From an uncultured virus (IMG/VR IMGVR_UViG_3300028800_000070) (Duplodnaviria > Heunggongvirae > Uroviricota > Caudoviricetes): a DNA stretch of 64,000 nucleotides. The DNA is taken from IMG/VR virus record IMGVR_UViG_3300028800_000070; one strand, written 5' to 3'. Shown one piece after another: positions 37,771 to 47,399 of this stretch. The position numbers were made by a program, and so were the translations under genes. The notes under the pieces were generated by a model. That model did no database searches. It was not told the DNA's origin and saw only the letters and a program-made list of their open reading frames with translations. Each line of letters opens with the position of its first letter. Within the stretch, counting starts at the first letter, position 1.

Positions 37771-37934
37771 ATTTTCTTTCGCTTTGCAGCTCCTCCGATT
37801 CTTCCTGCTTTTTTCGCTTCTTCAGAAGACCATTCATGAGCATTCCCCTTGGCATGTGCGGAAATTCCTCCCTTTCGAGCAGTTTCAATTCTTTTATTCT
37901 TATTCATTGAAGCAAATCCTCTTTTTCCTGTCAT
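37767..37934 (-). CDS. KGG-motif stress-induced-type small protein
   Basis: Hand-translated MTGKRGFASMNKNKRIETARKGGISAHAKGNAHEWSSEEAKKAGRIGG... Confidence 0.75.
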   Translation of the reverse strand: MTGKRGFASMNKNKRIETARKGGISAHAKGNAHEWSSEEAKKAGRIGGAAKRKKI

Positions 37935-38229
37935 ATCTTTTCCTTTATAACACGACTATAAAATAATGTCAATAGGTGAGTTATATTATTTATAAAAAAC
38001 CTTTAATAATCCACATTATTATGACCTAGCCTTGATTAGGCTCGTAATCTTGCCCTCAAATTCTCTCTATCTTGTTGTGCTGACTGACAAAACATATTAA
38101 ACAACGGGTCATTCCGTTCAAACGAAACCGCACCGCATCTTTGACATTTACGGTATTCCTCTTGTGTTCCCTCGTCTTTTAATACTGGTGTAAATTGATG
38201 TCCTTCCATAGTTTTAATAACTTCTGTAA

Positions 38230-38472
38230 TTAGGCACGGTTAGCCTTAAATAATTTTAAAATCTCATCGGCATAATATTCATCTTGTTCTTCAAGTTTTT
38301 CTTTATCCTCAAACAAATTCAAATTCTCATTACCTCTATCATTTGCCCTATGCCTAAAGAGAATTTTTATAATTTCTTTTTTCGTTTCCATTTTACTTAA
38401 TGCACACCATGATCTATGCCATGCATTACCAATTCGATCTCCTCCGCAAGTACATCCTTTATCTTTACTCAT
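38230..38472 (-). CDS. hypothetical protein
   Basis: 80-aa ORF among short early genes. Confidence 0.45.
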   Translation of the reverse strand: MSKDKGCTCGGDRIGNAWHRSWCALSKMETKKEIIKILFRHRANDRGNENLNLFEDKEKLEEQDEYYADEILKLFKANRA

Positions 38473-38777
38473 AAAAGTAATCCTTTTTACGTGTTCGGTA
38501 TCTCAAATTTAATTTTATCCAAAATAGTTTCTATTAATGCCCAATTTGACTTTGGAATGGTAACAGTTTTCTTATTGACCTTGATTCCCTGTTTTATCAG
38601 TAAACCTACGCCCGTAATTGTTATTTTGTTTTCAATCTTATTTTCCATATTCCAGTTCTAAAAGACATAATTATTCGGATTTTATCCCAAGCATAATCAT
38701 TATATCTTTATCAGTTACCAGATGATCTTTAGGTTTTTCATTAAGCCATTGTCTAAGATCACCGGTTCGCAAGCTAC

Positions 38778-39011
38778 TCAATGCCTCTCGATATCCTTTT
38801 TGATACCATATTCGTTTTGTTTGACCTTTATATTTTTCTTCCATAGTCGGCTCTCAATTTGGTATTCTGTCGGATTTGTCCAGTTCGATTTCCAAGTTCC
38901 GCACTTGCATTTATACGGATAAGCCATGCTGTTATCTCCCTGCAATTGCTCTTTACAATTTGGGCAAGTTGGGACAAGTACCCTTCGTTTTTCCCATTTT
39001 ACTCTAGCCAT
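38778..39011 (-). CDS. small Zn-ribbon protein
   Basis: CPNC...CKC. Confidence 0.5.
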   Translation of the reverse strand: MARVKWEKRRVLVPTCPNCKEQLQGDNSMAYPYKCKCGTWKSNWTNPTEYQIESRLWKKNIKVKQNEYGIKKDIERH

Positions 39012-39030
39012 AATTAGTTCGATAAGTTGA

Positions 39031-39157
39031 TGTAGCGGGTAAGGATTTGTCTAACGGTTTTTAATCGCTTATCGTCACCTTACAATTGAGCCTGGCGTGT
39101 AGAGAACTCATGCTCTACCTCTCATTGCCCTGCGTCTACCTATTCCGCCACCGCTAC
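39031..39157 (-). ncRNA. tRNA-like element (Leu-type D arm) with a T-loop insertion
   Basis: GTAGCGG TGGCGGAATAGGTAGACGC ... GTAAGG TG[26 nt]CAAAT CCTTAC CCGCTAC. Confidence 0.6.
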
Positions 39158-39663
39158 ATCAACTTAGCCACATTGTTCGGCCTTGATTACTGCTCCGCAA
39201 TTTTTACACTGATGCAGAACACATTTACCAATTGTTGAATAACCAGTTTCACTATTAATCTTTTTTGCTAACGCAATAAGTTTCTTTTTATTTATCATTT
39301 TAATTTTAGGTTTTGGTAATTCGTTTTTCATATCGCTCATAAAATCACTTATTTATTTTCATGTTCCTCATAATGTTTTTGGCAGAAGTAAATTCTCCCA
39401 CCTTTTAACTTTTCAATATATAAAGCAGGTTTTCTGCAAAAGCTACATTCAAATGGACAATTCTCTAATTTAACAATCATAAAATCACTTATTATTTGAA
39501 CCGATAATAATAAACTCCTTTAAGAATATCCTCAAACTCATACAAATTATCAGCCCAACTCAAAATTAACAAAAGAACCAAAGGAAATAATGGAATGGCA
39601 AACAAAAGAAATAAAGTATGTCTTATTATTTGATATATTTTATCGTCAGTATGTATTTTTCCT

Positions 39664-39909
39664 TCAGTCATAAAAGTGATTCATTTTACGCATCTTCTGA
39701 ACGGCCTTTATCAATTTTGTTAATTCAAACTGTTTAACATTAGTATTCTGTGTTATCTCATCGGCAATTTCTAACGACTCTTTTATTATTGCTTCCTTCT
39801 CTTTTTCAAAAAGATCAATTATCGCATCAACGCCCTTATCTGTAACAGGCATTATGCCAGTACCATGAATGTTATATCTTGGTAATATTTCTTCGATCTT
39901 ATCTTTCAT
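39664..39909 (-). CDS. hypothetical protein
   Basis: Likely start MKDKIEEILPRY. Confidence 0.45.
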   Translation of the reverse strand: MKDKIEEILPRYNIHGTGIMPVTDKGVDAIIDLFEKEKEAIIKESLEIADEITQNTNVKQFELTKLIKAVQKMRKMNHFYD

Positions 39910-40126
39910 ATCGGTTTTAATAATCAATGTGTTTACGCTTGTGTTTCATATCTTTCGCATTTACAATCAGCTTCTTTACAATGTTCTTCTTCTCCGAAAA
40001 AATGTCTATCTATTCCATGTCCACAAGAGCAGATATGCTCACTCCAATATTCACCGCAGATTTGACAAACAGGTGGCATACTTAAAATTGATAGTTCATG
40101 ATTTTCTTTCATATTAGTTCTAATGC

Positions 40127-40381
40127 TCAATGTTCTTCGGATCTAAATTCATCCATCATTTTTTCGTAAACTTTCGGGAATCGCCTTTGCATTATATCCA
40201 ACATTTGATTTAATTCCTTTCGAGCAAGTTCATCTTCTTCGAGTTGTCGTAACGCATCTGAGAAAAACCCAGCGACCCCCGTAGGATTAACATACTTTGA
40301 AATAGTAATATATTTCAATTCATTCGAAAGTCTTTCTACCACTTTTTCGAATCTTATTCTTGCTAATTCGTAATCAATCAT
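40127..40381 (-). CDS. hypothetical protein
   Basis: 84-aa ORF. Confidence 0.5.
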   Translation of the reverse strand: MIDYELARIRFEKVVERLSNELKYITISKYVNPTGVAGFFSDALRQLEEDELARKELNQMLDIMQRRFPKVYEKMMDEFRSEEH

Positions 40382-40413
40382 ATTTCTGGTTCAACAATGG
40401 TCGTTTATTACGC

Positions 40414-40848
40414 CTAGTCAATAACGATTGTCTCTAATGGTTCTGTCCAATGCTTACCTTTCCTTTTTTTTAACTGTTCTTTTTTAAGTAACACTTCTTC
40501 TTCTGATAAAAACTTCTGGTTTATATTCGATCTTTTATTATTACAAAGCCAACAAGCCAAAACCTTGTCTTCATTATTCGGATAATCATCATATCTGCGA
40601 ATGTCAAATCTATCATAAAGGTGTTCAAGAGTCGCCATATCTCTAGGAATAGGGGAATTTCTTTTCATCTTAAAATTTCTTATTTCAGGATACCATTTGA
40701 GTTCCACATGACAATAATAACAATGCGGATCTTTCTTGAATAGAGCTTCACAGATAGATTTATTTCTCCTTGCCCGAATTGCATGAGCTTTTATTTTTTC
40801 GGTTGAAATAACAACTATTCGTTTATTCATAGTTTTAAGAACCTCCAT
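40414..40848 (-). CDS. HNH endonuclease
   Basis: CYYC...ATLEH...N.VLAC..CNNKR. Confidence 0.8.
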   Translation of the reverse strand: MEVLKTMNKRIVVISTEKIKAHAIRARRNKSICEALFKKDPHCYYCHVELKWYPEIRNFKMKRNSPIPRDMATLEHLYDRFDIRRYDDYPNNEDKVLACWLCNNKRSNINQKFLSEEEVLLKKEQLKKRKGKHWTEPLETIVID

Positions 40849-41117
40849 TATTCGGCGTTCTCAGCCTTATTTTTCTTTAGTGTAAGCACAAACATAACTG
40901 AATCCGGTTGATCTTCGGCTCGCATATAACCACCTTGACACTCGTAAATGTTTACTCCAAAAATTGAGCTATCACGGTCATACATAGTACCTCTTTTGAT
41001 AACCGTATGAATGTCATCATCCGGCGTTATCATTCTAAGTGCCTGTTTTTCGTTTTCTGTTTCAGGAGTAAACATAATTTGTTTTACTCCATCTGCTAAT
41101 AAAATTGCTGTTTTCAT
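40848..41117 (-). CDS. hypothetical protein
   Basis: 89-aa ORF. Confidence 0.5.
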   Translation of the reverse strand: MKTAILLADGVKQIMFTPETENEKQALRMITPDDDIHTVIKRGTMYDRDSSIFGVNIYECQGGYMRAEDQPDSVMFVLTLKKNKAENAE

Positions 41118-41153
41118 GTTTAAAAATATACGGCCTTATGCCTAAAAATTTAG

Positions 41154-41231
41154 TGAGGGAGACAGGATTTACACCTGCAAGGCTTTCGCCAGAGTAATTA
41201 ACTCCCTGTATGCTATTTCCAGCACTCCCCC
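41154..41231 (-). tRNA. degenerate class II tRNA-like gene, identity unclear
   Basis: Acceptor GGGGGAG/CTCCCTC, variable arm GGCGAAAGCC, T arm GCAGG-TGTAAAT-CCTGT; lacks D-loop GG and TTC. Confidence 0.5.
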
Positions 41232-41263
41232 AATTTTAATCCCATTTCTATACGCTTTTAGGC

Positions 41264-41698
41264 TCAATCAAATACGATCTTGCCCTCTTTAGTCGTTACG
41301 ATATTATCCTTAACAATTATTTTTCCAATATCTCCTTGTTCTTCGCCTGACCATTCGATTTCTCCATTTAAGACTATTTCCTTTGGTGTAAAAAACTTTT
41401 CAATAAGCCATTTCAGCCATTCAACATAAGCATAAAACTTTTCGTTTCCGTCCCATTCTAAACACCAACCATCTTCTGTCGGAACCCACTGACAAAAATA
41501 GGCATACTCATCTGGTCTTGATTTATCATCTCGCCAATCCTTTTCGGCAATATCGTCCAGCTCATTTTTCTCATCTAGCGTGAGTTGTCTATTAAACTTA
41601 AGTTTTCCGTCAAAATTTGTTGTGTAACCCATAAATTCCTTTCTACTTCTAAAAAGAATGCATTTTAGGCATAATTGTTTTCTTTTAAGTAAAGCCAC
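41264..41698 (-). CDS. conserved-looking phage hypothetical (likely start MGYTTNFDG)
   Basis: CQW...WDG.EKFY.YVEWL..L...LNG.I.W.GE pattern. Confidence 0.6.
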   Translation of the reverse strand: MALLKRKQLCLKCILFRSRKEFMGYTTNFDGKLKFNRQLTLDEKNELDDIAEKDWRDDKSRPDEYAYFCQWVPTEDGWCLEWDGNEKFYAYVEWLKWLIEKFFTPKEIVLNGEIEWSGEEQGDIGKIIVKDNIVTTKEGKIVFD

Positions 41699-42027
41699 AT
41701 TCTACCCGCTGCTTCAGCAAGGGATCTTGTGCTATTCAAGCTTTTGACAAAAGTATACATAATGCAATAATTTTTCTTCCCTGATTTCTCTATTTGAAGA
41801 TGTCCTTTACCCCATGCTGATTTTATTTTTCTTGGCAATAAATCTATTATTTCGTCTGCTGAAGGAGCAGCGCACCAACTAAATTTTGAACTTTCAAAAG
41901 GATCATTCAATAAAAGTGCATCCTCTGCGTTAGGATCTTCATTATCAATTCGGTACCAAAATCCCGCATCTTGCGGATACCCATCAGCTTTTAACTGTTT
42001 TGCTAATTTTAGTGATATTACTTTCAT
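41665..42027 (-). CDS. hypothetical protein
   Basis: SLKLAKQLK..GYPQ...AP...EI...LP. Confidence 0.55.
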   Translation of the reverse strand: MKVISLKLAKQLKADGYPQDAGFWYRIDNEDPNAEDALLLNDPFESSKFSWCAAPSADEIIDLLPRKIKSAWGKGHLQIEKSGKKNYCIMYTFVKSLNSTRSLAEAAGRMWLYLKENNYA

Positions 42028-42311
42028 GTGTAAGTTCTATTGATTTTAGGCTCTAAAATATATTCTGATGCTGCTCTTAATGCCGCCTCCCAATCATGAT
42101 AACCGTTTGCGTTAGTAACAGGATCGTAAGGATTTTCTACAAACCGGACAATTTCTTCTGCTGATTTTTTTCGCTGGTTACCTAATTCATCAGCCATTAA
42201 AGCAATAAGATCAATTTCTTTATGCTTGATGCCACTTGTGCTTTCGATAATTTTAATTATCTTAGGTATCCAAGACTCTCTTCCTGTCCATTTATGCTTC
42301 ATATAATTCAC
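42024..42311 (-). CDS. hypothetical protein
   Basis: Coupled ORF. Confidence 0.5.
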   Translation of the reverse strand: MNYMKHKWTGRESWIPKIIKIIESTSGIKHKEIDLIALMADELGNQRKKSAEEIVRFVENPYDPVTNANGYHDWEAALRAASEYILEPKINRTYT

Positions 42312-42666
42312 AACATCTAAAAAAAGTTGACCGTTTTACTTTATGAACATCTCCTTGTTCGCCAACAATCATTAACCTATTCTTTGATGTTTGCTTAAAA
42401 ATAGAAAGTATATCCCCCTTTTTTCTTGAAAAGATACAACATAAAGTTTTAAACTCTTCCTTAACAATATATTTATCTTCTTGCATAATTCTTTTTGCAT
42501 TTTCTAATATTTTATCTCTAGGTTCCATTCCGAGCATTTCTTTAAAACCAGACTCAGCCCAAAAATAATCCAAATCCATTAATAGATTAAATAATTTAGT
42601 CGTTTTTAACACTTCTTTTTCAATCTTAATCATGGCTACATTGATTGCATCTTTTTTATAAATCAT
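42292..42666 (-). CDS. hypothetical protein
   Basis: Coupled ORF. Confidence 0.5.
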   Translation of the reverse strand: MIYKKDAINVAMIKIEKEVLKTTKLFNLLMDLDYFWAESGFKEMLGMEPRDKILENAKRIMQEDKYIVKEEFKTLCCIFSRKKGDILSIFKQTSKNRLMIVGEQGDVHKVKRSTFFRCCELYEA

Positions 42667-43007
42667 TTTTCTTTTTACATTCAGGCACTTTCCCCGAGTA
42701 TTTTAATAAATAAGATGTGCTCCATCCACAATTAAGACAAATTGAGAAACCATTACCATCATCTACTAATTTATGTTTTGCTAAATCTATCGTTTTTGAC
42801 ATATTTTACTTCAAAGAATCTATCTTTTACCGCCCTCTACTTCTTCGACTTTAAACTCTTGAACCTCATATAATCCGTTAACAGGGTTTTGATATCGACA
42901 TTTTACAAAGCTGCTTCCCGCAAAATGAACAACCACTACCATTTGTTGCTTACTTGCTTTATGTTTAACTATATCTCCAATTTCCATAATTCTAGTCATA
43001 AAATGAG

Positions 43008-43208
43008 CTACTTTTCGGACTTGTCCTCCAATTTCTCTGCAAATTTTACTTCAAAAGGTGCAATCACATGATGAATATGTCTGGTAGTTAAAATTTTAGA
43101 TAGCTCAAACGCATCGACTTGACTTACTTCGTTTTTATCTATTTGGATGATATAAAACTTTTCTCTATCCAAACCTTTTATATTTTCGACTGTAATTTTT
43201 TGTTTCAT
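43008..43208 (-). CDS. hypothetical protein
   Basis: Coupled to the recombinase stop. Confidence 0.45.
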   Translation of the reverse strand: MKQKITVENIKGLDREKFYIIQIDKNEVSQVDAFELSKILTTRHIHHVIAPFEVKFAEKLEDKSEK

Positions 43209-44137
43209 ATTTTCCTAGCTCCATGATATTTCAAGTGGGCATTTCTCAACTCATCGTCACTTGTGTGCATATAAATCTGTGTGGTATTTAGACTAGCATG
43301 TCCCAACATCTCTTTAATCTGTACCAAGTTTGCCCCATTTCTCAAAAGACCCGAAGCGAATGAGTGCCTAAGAGTATGCGGTGTTGCATCCACTGGAATA
43401 CCAGCAAGTTTGATGTAACTTTTGACCATTCTTTCTATCGAACTAACGGAAAGTCGCATTTTTTCCCCATTTTGATCCCTTTTTTGCGAATATCTCACAA
43501 AAAGTGGCTTAAAATTATCTTTTTCTCTAATATTCAAATATTTCTCAATCCACTTTGCACAATCATCTGAAACAAAGACCAAGCGTTCCTTACTACCTTT
43601 GCCGATAATAGAAAACTCTTTGCGTGTCAAATTAACACTGTCACGATTAAGATTGAACAATTCCGATACCCTCAACCCTGTACTGTAAAATAACTCAAGA
43701 ATTGCCCGATCTCGCAAACCCCATGAGGTTTTTATATCCGGCATTGCCAGTAATTTTTCAACTTGCGAGGAATCTAGGAATTTTGGTGAGCGTGAGTGAG
43801 TCTTTGGCAGCTCTATTTTTGAAGGAGCGATTACTTGAACGTCATTTTTAATAAGAAAGTTTAAGAAAGAGCGTAAACAAATTACGTAGTGATTCTGTGA
43901 AACCTTAGCAAGTTTGCCTCCCCTAACATTCTCTTTTTCAGATAAGTAAACCCTAAATGCGCTAATCTTTGGCATGTCTAAATCTTCAATGGTAGAATTT
44001 GGGTAATTTTGGTCAAACCATTGTCGAAATGTCCTGAGATACCGTCTGTACTCACGGATTGTGAGTTTACTGGAATTTTTCTCGACATCAAGGTATCTTA
44101 AAAAATCGTCTATGTGTGTTTGTAAATTATTTTTCAT
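43205..44137 (-). CDS. xerC: XerC/D-like tyrosine recombinase
   Basis: RDRAILELFYSTGLRVSEL, GKGSKER, TPHTLRHSFA, MLGH..LNTTQIY; complete catalytic set. Confidence 0.9.
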   Translation of the reverse strand: MKNNLQTHIDDFLRYLDVEKNSSKLTIREYRRYLRTFRQWFDQNYPNSTIEDLDMPKISAFRVYLSEKENVRGGKLAKVSQNHYVICLRSFLNFLIKNDVQVIAPSKIELPKTHSRSPKFLDSSQVEKLLAMPDIKTSWGLRDRAILELFYSTGLRVSELFNLNRDSVNLTRKEFSIIGKGSKERLVFVSDDCAKWIEKYLNIREKDNFKPLFVRYSQKRDQNGEKMRLSVSSIERMVKSYIKLAGIPVDATPHTLRHSFASGLLRNGANLVQIKEMLGHASLNTTQIYMHTSDDELRNAHLKYHGARKI

Positions 44138-44490
44138 AATCCTTTTATGCCTAAAACGGTAGCAACCTCACTGGGATCTGTAACAATCGCTGCGATACCA
44201 CCTTGATCTTTGACTCGTTGTATAAAATCGACCTGTGCTGGTGTTGCACGATTTCTGGTCTTTGGTGTTTTAACTTCAAGTGCAATAAATTTGCCAGTTC
44301 CAGGTTGTATCGCGAAAATGTCACTAAACCCTGGTAATCCAAACCTAATAAATCGTTGCTGTCCTGCTTTGTTCTCATATCTTGTCGCTCCCGTATTGTT
44401 TCTCCATACAAAATAACCTTGGTATCTGAGCAGGTCGATTATGCTATCTTGTATTTTGTGTTCTGATATTTCGGGCAGTTGTGTTTTCAT
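44134..44490 (-). CDS. VRR-NUC family nuclease
   Basis: EHKIQ, GFSDI, ALEVK, Q.DF...GG.A. Confidence 0.85.
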   Translation of the reverse strand: MKTQLPEISEHKIQDSIIDLLRYQGYFVWRNNTGATRYENKAGQQRFIRFGLPGFSDIFAIQPGTGKFIALEVKTPKTRNRATPAQVDFIQRVKDQGGIAAIVTDPSEVATVLGIKGL

Positions 44491-44717
44491 TTATGTAATT
44501 TCGCTCTCTCATCATTCTGACAATCCCAACAGAGAACCTTTCCGAACGCTCGCTTTGAAAAATCCATCTGATTAGGCTTCACGTTTGTAACGCATCTACC
44601 AAGATTTCTTTGTCCCTCGCATTGATTATATTCTCCCCCTACGTAAGGACTGACTACTTCTTCTAATGATTTGTTATACGCTCCTTGTGGGAGGCGTGAA
44701 CTTCTGTGTTGTATCAT
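44487..44717 (-). CDS. small Cys protein
   Basis: C...C...FS...FG..LC..CQ. Confidence 0.5.
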   Translation of the reverse strand: MIQHRSSRLPQGAYNKSLEEVVSPYVGGEYNQCEGQRNLGRCVTNVKPNQMDFSKRAFGKVLCWDCQNDERAKLHK

Positions 44718-44776
44718 AATTTTTAACCTCTAGGCAGCTTTTATCCTTGCGAATACAAGCCACCTGCAAGTTAAAC

Positions 44777-45475
44777 TTACGCTTCTTCTTCAACAAAATC
44801 TCGATCAAGTACTAATCCGTACTCAAGAGCTTTTTGCTGCATTTCTTCTATATATTCAGGCTCAAGTTCATCATCGAGCTTAAAGTTTGCTACATAGAAT
44901 TTACCCTTATCGTTTTCAATTTTCTCACTACTGAGATTGATTGAAAATCTCCATGTTTTATCAAGCTGCATGTCCTTAAACTGTGACAATAATCGTCCCC
45001 AGTTTGAAAAACTTGTTACAGAAAGACTCAAGATAAACAATTTATTATCTGGTACTGTGCATCCAAGAATTGCGAGTCTTTGAGAAGGGGTTTTGACACC
45101 ATCTCTCTCAAACTCTCTATTCTCACGTTTTGCACGTAAGATAACAAACTTCATGGTTCCATAGTTTTTGAGACTATCTGACATCAAATAGGTTCCTGGC
45201 ATAGACTCTTTACCCGACTTATCTTCAGTCTTTTGTGATGTTGGCTGTATAAGCCTCAACCAGGGCAACTTAATCAGCGACATGGCCGATTGGTCTATTC
45301 CTGCTACATCAGACGGCCCTTCGGCAATCTGTGACGTTGGAGCAAGTGCCTGATGAGAAGTCTGAACTGTGAGTTTATGTTCCTTACTAATATTTGAGTC
45401 ATCTGATAATTCTGGTTGACTCGCCGATTCTTCTATTGATTCATCAATTAATTTTTCTTCGTTTTTATTTTTCAT
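44777..45475 (-). CDS. putative ssDNA-binding/recombination protein
   Basis: LPWLRLIQPTS...PG...NDKGKFY, acidic C-terminus; SD GGAGGTG. Confidence 0.45.
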   Translation of the reverse strand: MKNKNEEKLIDESIEESASQPELSDDSNISKEHKLTVQTSHQALAPTSQIAEGPSDVAGIDQSAMSLIKLPWLRLIQPTSQKTEDKSGKESMPGTYLMSDSLKNYGTMKFVILRAKRENREFERDGVKTPSQRLAILGCTVPDNKLFILSLSVTSFSNWGRLLSQFKDMQLDKTWRFSINLSSEKIENDKGKFYVANFKLDDELEPEYIEEMQQKALEYGLVLDRDFVEEEA

Positions 45476-45486
45476 ATGTTCACCTC

Positions 45487-45684
45487 CTATCTTTTCATCA
45501 TTACGCTGTCATAATCTTGTGGCTCTACTAATTCCTGTACACACTCTTTCGCAAGCTCATACATTTCTTCTGCATCAAGGTTTGTTACCCAACTATCAAA
45601 ATCATCAGGCATATCATCATCTAAGCCTTCATATTGTTTTGCGTGTACGTTTCGTAAATAATCTTCAAAACTTGTTATTTTCAT
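45487..45684 (-). CDS. small acidic protein
   Basis: 65 aa, D/E-rich. Confidence 0.5.
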   Translation of the reverse strand: MKITSFEDYLRNVHAKQYEGLDDDMPDDFDSWVTNLDAEEMYELAKECVQELVEPQDYDSVMMKR

Positions 45685-46139
45685 ATTATTTCATGAACCT
45701 CTTATGCATCTCGTAATCTTCTTGTATCTGATCCCGTTGCCCGAGTTTATACGCTATATCCATACAACTCTTTAAATATTCCGCTTGCTCAGGGTCTAGT
45801 TGCAAAGTGTTTACTGTATCTTTAATATGTCTTTTAAGCTTCTCGTTCATATAGTTTTTCTAAAAAAGTTACTACTTCTATAATATTTTCCTCCGCTTGG
45901 AGGCGTCTACCTCTCTTCAAAAGCGCAAGTGCTTCTCTTAATTTATCTATTGTCCAATTATTCTGAATCATATATCAAGCCTATTCTTACACCTCGGGCA
46001 AGCCTTCGGTTCTTTCTTTCGTGACATCCATTTGTACCCACACTTTCGGCATTGTGTCGCTTTTGCCATTGATGTTTCTTCTGTTTTCATATCTCTGTTT
46101 TATATTACTACTATTACTATCTATTGTCAAGGGGCAATA

Positions 46140-46358
46140 TTACAGTAATTCTTGTTGTTTTTCAAATTTTTTCGATTTTCCCATCTCTTTTAGACGCTTT
46201 TGCATTTCTTCTACTGATAATTTATGTTCACCTTTTGGCCGAAAATCTTGATAATTTTCGCTTTTCCAAACTTGCTCATGCTCGGAAGAACACCAACAAT
46301 CGGCTTGCTCGCGCGCGCATCTTTTTCCTTCTTTGTCTGTGAAATAACATTGATACAT
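46140..46358 (-). CDS. small Cys/His protein, homolog of 1996..2229
   Basis: QCY...RC...WCS.EH. Confidence 0.65.
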   Translation of the reverse strand: MYQCYFTDKEGKRCAREQADCWCSSEHEQVWKSENYQDFRPKGEHKLSVEEMQKRLKEMGKSKKFEKQQELL

Positions 46359-46908
46359 ATATAGTAAAAGGTACTACGTATTATTATAAAAAAGATAAAT
46401 CTTTTTAGGTAAATTCATTGGCCCCCTTACCCCCATAATGGAGATAAATTCGGCCGATGTTTTTTTAAAAGAGAGGCTTCCTTCGACACTTTCGGATTTA
46501 CGCTCATCACGACCTACATGACTGTATCGTTTTTGTTTAGCCGCCTCTCAGGCATCAGGCTTGTCTTTATGCCAATTAATTACCCATACCTCTACGGGCA
46601 GACTACAACGTCAATTAGACTCGCTTTTGGCTATACCCTTACGAGTTTGGGATAATTACCCATTCATTGTCATTCCATTCCTTTGTGACGTATCCTGCTT
46701 GCTCACAAAGCGTTTTAAATATCTCAGGAGACCACCCATGATTTATAGGTTTATCAATCTCTATAGTACCGACAAAATATTTTTTTGTTCCCATTTTTAT
46801 GTATTCATTCATTTGACTTTCTCGTATAAATAATGTATTCTAACGGGCAAGAACCACGCTTAAAAAATAAGCGTTTGTTTTTCACACAATTACTGATTTA
46901 TCAGTCAA

Positions 46909-46948
46909 CAAAAAGTCTCGTCCCGTCCAAAAGTGGTTGAGACTTTTT
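46909..46948. terminator. bidirectional terminator-like hairpin
   Basis: aaaaagtctc...gagacttttt. Confidence 0.5.
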
Positions 46949-47117
46949 AGTCTAATTTAATAACATCTTGATATTTCCAGGAGTCGAAATGAATAATATA
47001 CGTTTTATCTTCGTCTTTGAGAATGTTCCTTTTATTAACTTTGGGTAATCCAGTATGAACCGGACATTTGAGGTTTATTATTCCTTCTTTAATTCGTTTA
47101 CATTTACATTTTTCCAT
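46947..47117 (-). CDS. small ORF downstream of the structured leader
   Basis: Start re-assigned to MEKCKC, abutting the U-tract. Confidence 0.5.
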   Translation of the reverse strand: MEKCKCKRIKEGIINLKCPVHTGLPKVNKRNILKDEDKTYIIHFDSWKYQDVIKLD

Positions 47118-47230
47118 AAAAAAACACCTTTTCGGGAGAGGTAAGGTCGATGAAGACACTTTGGTAAGTTCCCTTACCAAACCCTCGAAAAAGTGTTTTT
47201 TATCTTCATCTAGACCCTGATTACCAAGTC
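47118..47230 (-). ncRNA. structured leader RNA (attenuator/antisense-like)
   Basis: Outer stem about 47119-47138/47182-47201, perfect 9-bp inner hairpin, upstream complementary boxes. Confidence 0.6.
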
Positions 47231-47371
47231 AGGCCACTGTCAATTCAGTGAATATTTTTATAGTTGCAGTCTTTCCTTACGGGCAACTTATGATTATTTT
47301 ATAACTCTATTTTTCATATTTGTCAATGGTTATAGTAATTTATACCCCGTGTCTATAGTATTATTCAGCCT

Positions 47372-47399
47372 CACATTATAATGTAAACATTACGATGTG
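47372..47399. other. candidate tyrosine recombinase (dif/att-like) site
   Basis: CACATTATAAT GTAAAC ATTACGATGTG, an intergenic 11-6-11 imperfect palindrome. Confidence 0.45.

Noticed and set aside
39874..39909. ILPRY near the N-terminus of an early gene as a ninth leader
   Set aside because: Lacks the F-x-R part, has acidic context and is not in the structural region; may be chance
46820..46848. Second dif-like palindrome
   Set aside because: The arms match poorly and do not resemble 47372-47399
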